DNA of 64,000 nucleotides from Acidimicrobiia bacterium. GTDB taxonomy: Bacteria; Actinomycetota; Acidimicrobiia; Spongiisociales; ZC4RG35. The position numbers were made by a program, and so were the translations under genes. The DNA is taken from assembly GCA_963665765.1 (NCBI GenBank), contig OY762464.1:27453-91452 (forward strand). Direction: 5' to 3'. Every line of letters begins with the position of its first letter. The stretch's first letter is position 1. The notes beneath the pieces are model-generated. The model saw nothing but the letters and a program-made list of their open reading frames with translations, ran no database searches and was not told the DNA's origin. Shown here one piece after another: positions 58,985-64,000 of this stretch.

Positions 58985-60103
58985 GTGACACCGGAAGAGC
59001 GGTCGCCCCGGTCTGCCCAACCGCCTCCTTGGCTTAACCGATGGTTGATGACCGCCTCTCTCACCCTCTTGGCCATCGCCGCCACGCTGTGGGTGTTGGG
59101 CCAACTGGCCGACCTGCTGCTGCTGATCTTCTTGGCGCTGTTCCTGTCGGTGGCGCTCATCCCCGCGGTGGACTGGCTGGAAAAGCACCGGTGGAATCGC
59201 CGGTGGGCCACGGTGGTGGTCTTTGTGGGGACGGTGTTGATGATCACCCTGTTCTTGGCAACCCTGCTGCCGCTTTTCATCAATCAAACCGCCGCCATCA
59301 CCGTCAAGTTGCCTGACTATCTGAAAGCAACCGAGGAGTGGCTCAACAATTTTGTTGACATCGATCTGCTGGACACCCAGGTACGCGACCAGTTGGAGGA
59401 TTTGGGGTCGCTGCTTCAGCAATATGGGGGCCAGGTGGCCGGCGGGGTTCTGGCGGTGGGCACCACCGTGGCGAATATGGTCTTCCGAGGGGTGACCGTT
59501 CTTCTGTTTGCTTTTTATATGGTGGCCGAGACGCCCAAGATGCTCCGCCTGGTGCTTTCCTTCTTCTCGGCCTCCCGCCAGCGCCTCCTTTTGCAGATCT
59601 GGCAAGTCTCGATAGAAAAGACCGGCGGATACGTGTACTCGCGGGTGATCCTGTCGGCGGTTTCGGCGGTCATCACCGCCGTGGTGCTGGCCTTTCTTGC
59701 GGTGCCCTACCCGGTGGCTCTGGGAGTGTGGGTGGGAGTGATGTCCCAGTTCATACCGATAATCGGTACATACATAGCCGGAGCGTTGCCGGTGTTCATC
59801 GCCCTTATCGAAAAGCCAGTCACCGCCCTGTGGGTGGTCGTCCTGATCATCGGCTACCAACAGATCGAAAACCTGCTCATTTCGCCTCGGGTCACCTCTC
59901 GGACCATGGCCATCCATCCGGCCGTGTCGGTGGGAGCGGTGATCGCCGGGGGCTCGCTGATGGGGGCGGTGGGAGCGGTGCTGTCCCTACCCGTGGCAGC
60001 TATCATCCAGTCCCTGATTTCTACCTCACGGCAACGTCATGAACTGGTGGTGGGGTTTGATGAGCAGAATGAAGAAGATGGCCCGGATGGTCCGGAGGAC
60101 TGA
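58985..60103 (+). CDS. AI-2E family transporter
   Basis: [21 protein letters not shown]. Confidence 0.88.
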   Translation: MTPEERSPRSAQPPPWLNRWLMTASLTLLAIAATLWVLGQLADLLLLIFLALFLSVALIPAVDWLEKHRWNRRWATVVVFVGTVLMITLFLATLLPLFINQTAAITVKLPDYLKATEEWLNNFVDIDLLDTQVRDQLEDLGSLLQQYGGQVAGGVLAVGTTVANMVFRGVTVLLFAFYMVAETPKMLRLVLSFFSASRQRLLLQIWQVSIEKTGGYVYSRVILSAVSAVITAVVLAFLAVPYPVALGVWVGVMSQFIPIIGTYIAGALPVFIALIEKPVTALWVVVLIIGYQQIENLLISPRVTSRTMAIHPAVSVGAVIAGGSLMGAVGAVLSLPVAAIIQSLISTSRQRHELVVGFDEQNEEDGPDGPED

Positions 60104-60439
60104 ACCGGCCATCGAAACACCGGGCCACCCGGATGCCTCGGCGCCGAAAGGCCCATTGGCAGGAGTGTCGGTGGTCGAACTGGCCGGATTGGGACCGGGA
60201 CCCTTTGCCGGCATGATGCCGGCCGATATGGGCGCCGAGGTGACTTTGATTGACCGACCCGACGGGAACGTGGACTACGCGGCGGGTCAGGTTGTTCGCT
60301 ACTCGTACGCCCGCACCCTCCCCGTCCCGAGGAGAAGACACCACCCGGATTTCTTCACAGTCTGGGGCTGTCGGAGAGGACGATAGATAAACTTCACCAC
60401 CATGGTGTCGTTGAAGTAGAAGGAAGTAAGAGCAAATGA
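60078..60439 (+). pseudogene. CaiB/BaiF CoA-transferase (alpha-methylacyl-CoA racemase-like) remnant with large internal deletion
   Basis: N-terminus [26 protein letters not shown] joined to C-terminus GEDTTRI/LHSLGLS..I..L..GVV; stop overlaps the fadD ATG; start approximate. Confidence 0.75.
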
Positions 60440-62292
60440 ACAACCGGGATCTTCAATCCGAACGTCGGCAGATCGATCAGGCCGTCGATGGTCTGACTCT
60501 GGTGGACCTTCTGAACCGAGCGGCGGATGACCATGGGGACCGGTCCGCAGCCCGATGGCAATCCGAAGACGGGGAGTGGGAGCGACTCACCTGGCAACAG
60601 ATGCGACAGATCACCCATCAGGCGGCGGCCGGCCTGCAAACCCTGGGAGTGGGCGCGGGAGACTTCCTGGGCATCACCGCCGGGGTCCGTCCCGAGCACG
60701 CTCTGGCCGACTTGGGGATCGTGCACACCGGGGCGGTTCCGATCACCTTCTACGAGACCCTCGCCCCACCTCAGATCGCCTACATCGCCCGGCAAACCGG
60801 GGTGAAGGTGGCCATTGTGGAGAATCCGGCAGCCTGGGAACGTTGGCAGGCGGTCCGATCTCAGCTTCCCCGGTTGGAGACTTTTGTCATGCTGGACACT
60901 CCCGAGGATGGGATGCCGGACGACGTGATCTCCTGGGAGACATTGTTGAAACGAGGCGCGGAGCTATTGGAGAGCGATCCGGAAACGGTGGCTCGGTCCG
61001 CCGGGGAAGTCACCCCCGATCAGTTGGCCACCCTGATCTATACGTCGGGGACCACCGGAGATCCCAAGGGCGTGATGGTCACCCATCGCAACGTGGTGTG
61101 GACGTCCGAGAGCGCATCCCGCACCCTGAACATGCCTCCGCACGTCCGAACTTTGGCCTATCTGCCTTTCGCCCACATCGCGGCGCGGACCGGCACCCAT
61201 TACACTCCCCTCTTCTTGGCGGGAGAGGTCTACTATTGCCCCGATCTCACCCAGTTGGCCGACTACGCCCGAGCCTGCCGCCCGCAGGCTTTTCTGGGAG
61301 TGCCGAGGGTGTGGGAGAAATTCCAGGCTCGACTCCTGGAAACGGTGGATGCGGATCCCAAGCGCCGGGACCTGATCCACAAGGCCATCGACAACGGTCG
61401 CCAGGTGGTGGCGGGCCGACTATCCCGGAAGCACGCCTCGCTCGGCAAGCGCCTCAAGCACGCTTTGTTCGATCGGGTGATCTTTTCCAAGATCAGAGCC
61501 CGTCTGGGAATGGATGAACTGAAGTTGGCTGTCACCGCCGCCGCTCCGGTCAGCCGCGATCTGCTGATTTTCTTCCACGCCCTGGGCATTCCTCTCTACG
61601 AGATCTATGGGATGAGCGAAAACACCGGCCCGGCCACTTGCACAACCACCGACAATCCCGCGTTGGGAACGGTTGGCAAGCCATTTTTGGGGGTGGAGGT
61701 GGAAACTGCCGACGACGGCGAGATCAGAATCCGGGGAGGAGTGGTGACCGACGGTTATTACCGGTTGCCCCAGTCCACCGCCCGCACTTTCGCGGAAGAC
61801 GGGTGGCTTTACTCCGGAGACCTGGGAAAGTGGGATAAACAAGGGAACCTGCAGATCGTGGGCAGGAAAAAGGAGATCATCATCACCTCCTCGGGGAAGA
61901 ACGTCGCCCCCGCCGCTCTGGAGACTTCCCTTGCCGGCCATCCACTGGTGGGAGGAGTGTGCATGGTCGGGGATAATCGGCCATATCTCACCATGCTGGT
62001 TTCCCTTGATCCCGAAGACGCGCCCCGGTGGGCTGAACAAAAGGGAATACCCGGCGACAACTGGGAGGCTTTGACCACCAACGCCATGGTTGTGTCGGAA
62101 ATCGAGTCCGTCATGGAAAACGCCAATCAGATGGTGGCCCGGGCCGAGCAGGTGAAGAAGACAGTGGTAGTTCCCGACGCTTGGAGCCCCGACACCGGGG
62201 AGATAACCCCCTCCATGAAAGTCAAGAGGCATGTGGTGATGGACAAGTACGCCCCGCTGATCGATCGGCTCTACCAGGACGAAGCTCCTTGA
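60436..62292 (+). CDS. Long-chain fatty acid-CoA ligase
   Basis: YTSGTTGDPKG, YGMSE, SGDLG, GRKKE. Confidence 0.93.
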   Translation: MNNRDLQSERRQIDQAVDGLTLVDLLNRAADDHGDRSAARWQSEDGEWERLTWQQMRQITHQAAAGLQTLGVGAGDFLGITAGVRPEHALADLGIVHTGAVPITFYETLAPPQIAYIARQTGVKVAIVENPAAWERWQAVRSQLPRLETFVMLDTPEDGMPDDVISWETLLKRGAELLESDPETVARSAGEVTPDQLATLIYTSGTTGDPKGVMVTHRNVVWTSESASRTLNMPPHVRTLAYLPFAHIAARTGTHYTPLFLAGEVYYCPDLTQLADYARACRPQAFLGVPRVWEKFQARLLETVDADPKRRDLIHKAIDNGRQVVAGRLSRKHASLGKRLKHALFDRVIFSKIRARLGMDELKLAVTAAAPVSRDLLIFFHALGIPLYEIYGMSENTGPATCTTTDNPALGTVGKPFLGVEVETADDGEIRIRGGVVTDGYYRLPQSTARTFAEDGWLYSGDLGKWDKQGNLQIVGRKKEIIITSSGKNVAPAALETSLAGHPLVGGVCMVGDNRPYLTMLVSLDPEDAPRWAEQKGIPGDNWEALTTNAMVVSEIESVMENANQMVARAEQVKKTVVVPDAWSPDTGEITPSMKVKRHVVMDKYAPLIDRLYQDEAP

Positions 62293-62325
62293 CTGTCGAA
62301 TCCGCCGCGAGACAGGAGACCAACA

Positions 62326-63231
62326 GTGTCTGACATAACTTTCGACCAGAGGGTGGCGATCGTCACCGGGGCAGGAGGAGGCCTGGGGCGGAGCTACGCC
62401 CTGGAACTGGCCCGCCGCGGCGCCCGAGTGGTGGTCAACGACCTGGGCGGCGCCATCGACGGCACGGGGGGAGACCGCCGACCTGCTGATCTGGTTGCCC
62501 AAGAAATCAGGCGGCGCGGCGGGGAGGCGGTGGCCAATTACGACTCGGTGAGCAGTCCCGAAGGGGGAGCGGCGATCGTACAGACCGCGGTGGACGCTTT
62601 CGGGACGGTGGACGTGGTGATCAACAATGCCGGGATCCTCCGCGATCGCAGCTTCGGCAATCTCACTGTGGCGGAACTGCAGGCAGTCATGGATGTGCAC
62701 CTCATGGGTGCTTTCTATGTCTCCCTTCCGGCCTTTCCGCACATGAAGGAAAAGGGGTACGGCCGGTTCATCTTCACTTCCTCCAACGCCGGCATCTTCG
62801 GCAATTTCGGCCAAACCAACTATGGGGCGGCCAAGGCCGGGCTGGTGGGGTTCTCCAACGTGCTGGCATTGGAAGGGGCCAAATACAACATCAAATCCAA
62901 CGTGATCGCCCCGGTGGCCCGAACCCGGCTCACCGAAGAGCTGCTCGGGCCGCTCACCGATTTCCTGGACCCTGACCAGGTCGCTCCCATGGTGGTCTAT
63001 CTGTGCTCGGAGGAAAACCAATTCACCCACCAGATATTCACCGCCGGCGGCGGTCGATACGGACGTATCTTCATCGGCACCAACCAAGGCTGGTTCTCGG
63101 GAATGAAAGTGACGCCCTCGGTCGAGCAAATCCGAGACAACCTCGATCAGATCAGGGACATTTCCCAATACGAGATACCGATGAGTTCCACGGAAGAGAT
63201 CATGTTGATCGCCAAGGCCATGGGAGGTTGA
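62326..63231 (+). CDS. SDR, MFE-2-like (3R)-hydroxyacyl-CoA dehydrogenase
   Basis: TGAGGGLG, VVVNDLG, NNAGILRD, GNFGQTNYGAAK. Confidence 0.9.
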   Translation: MSDITFDQRVAIVTGAGGGLGRSYALELARRGARVVVNDLGGAIDGTGGDRRPADLVAQEIRRRGGEAVANYDSVSSPEGGAAIVQTAVDAFGTVDVVINNAGILRDRSFGNLTVAELQAVMDVHLMGAFYVSLPAFPHMKEKGYGRFIFTSSNAGIFGNFGQTNYGAAKAGLVGFSNVLALEGAKYNIKSNVIAPVARTRLTEELLGPLTDFLDPDQVAPMVVYLCSEENQFTHQIFTAGGGRYGRIFIGTNQGWFSGMKVTPSVEQIRDNLDQIRDISQYEIPMSSTEEIMLIAKAMGG

Positions 63232-63234
63232 GAC

Positions 63235-64000
63235 TTGCCGATCGACGTCGAGTCCGCCCTCGCTTCCCGGCTTCCCGCCCGGGTGTTCGCCTGGGATGAG
63301 GACCGGGTGATCCTGTATCACCTGGGGCTCGGCGCGGGTGCGCCGCCCACTGATCCCCGGGAGTTGTCCTACACCTACGAAGGCGATCTGGCGGTGCTTC
63401 CCTCCTTCGCTACGGTCGCCGCCTACTCCTCCATGGAGACCGTCCCTTCAGCGAGCGGGGTGGACATCAATTGGGCGCTGGTGCTCCACGGTGAGCAGGA
63501 TCTGGAGGTCCGCAGCCCCATCCCTCGCCGCGGCGAAGTGACCAGCCGGCCGCGCATTGCTCACATCTACGACAAAGGGCGGGCCGCCCTGATGGTGGTG
63601 GAAGTCACTTCCACCGACAACCGGACCGGCCAAGTGCTGTTCGTCAATCGCGCCTCCCTGTTCATCCGGGGAGAAGGAGGATGGGGTGGAGATTCCGGTC
63701 CCCGGGCATCGAATCAGGCGCCCGGGCGGGAACCCGACCACATCGTCCGCTCCGCCACTCTTCCCCAGCAGGCCTTGTTGTACCGGCTGTCGGGAGACAA
63801 GAACCCTCTCCACGCCGATCCGGGGTATGCCGCCCTCGGCGGTTTCGACCGTCCGATCCTTCACGGACTTTGCACCTACGGAGTGGTCGGCAAGGCGGTC
63901 ATCGATACGGTGCTGGATGGGGAGGCCGGACGCGTCCGGCGCTATCAGGCGCGATTCTCGGGAGTGGTGTTCCCCGGGGAAACCGTGGTAACCCGAATCT
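63235..64000 (+). CDS. MaoC-like (R)-specific enoyl-CoA hydratase 2 (3' truncated; missed by the ORF track)
   Basis: TTG 63235 frame reads ILYHLG, LHGEQ, YRLSGDKNPLHADP, PILHGLCTYG. Confidence 0.9.
   Translation, partial: MPIDVESALASRLPARVFAWDEDRVILYHLGLGAGAPPTDPRELSYTYEGDLAVLPSFATVAAYSSMETVPSASGVDINWALVLHGEQDLEVRSPIPRRGEVTSRPRIAHIYDKGRAALMVVEVTSTDNRTGQVLFVNRASLFIRGEGGWGGDSGPRASNQAPGREPDHIVRSATLPQQALLYRLSGDKNPLHADPGYAALGGFDRPILHGLCTYGVVGKAVIDTVLDGEAGRVRRYQARFSGVVFPGETVVTRI

Overview
A GC-rich bacterial chromosome segment. Gene content (Bpa proteasome activator, DisA-CarD-IspF-CysS-RlmB cluster, SseA/SufE, many leaderless starts) points to Actinomycetota, most plausibly Acidimicrobiia (inference). 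It is mostly housekeeping and catabolic: tRNA-Thr(TGT), tRNA-Arg(CCT), a his operon headed by a TrpR/YerC-like regulator with divergent hisA, a tandem glycine riboswitch before a frameshifted gcvP, paaABCDE-paaR, menC/menD/menF, and a fatty-acid beta-oxidation cluster at the right edge. Accessory pieces: (i) a ~3.2 kb islet between tRNA-Arg and hisIE holding an IS3-derived element, whose transposase core is replaced by a foreign gene fragment, plus a SmaI-like type II R-M pair; (ii) a vapBC pair with a nonsense-inactivated toxin; (iii) a fused MNT-HEPN gene between menC and menD with a possible internal start. Several decay lesions are visible. I saw no CRISPR array, prophage or rRNA. No single clearly novel multi-gene system could be established. 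The best leads are the MNT-HEPN fusion, the cargo-bearing IS3 derivative, the TrpR-type his regulation and the CarD with a basic N-terminal tail. All family assignments come from motif recognition by eye, not database searches.
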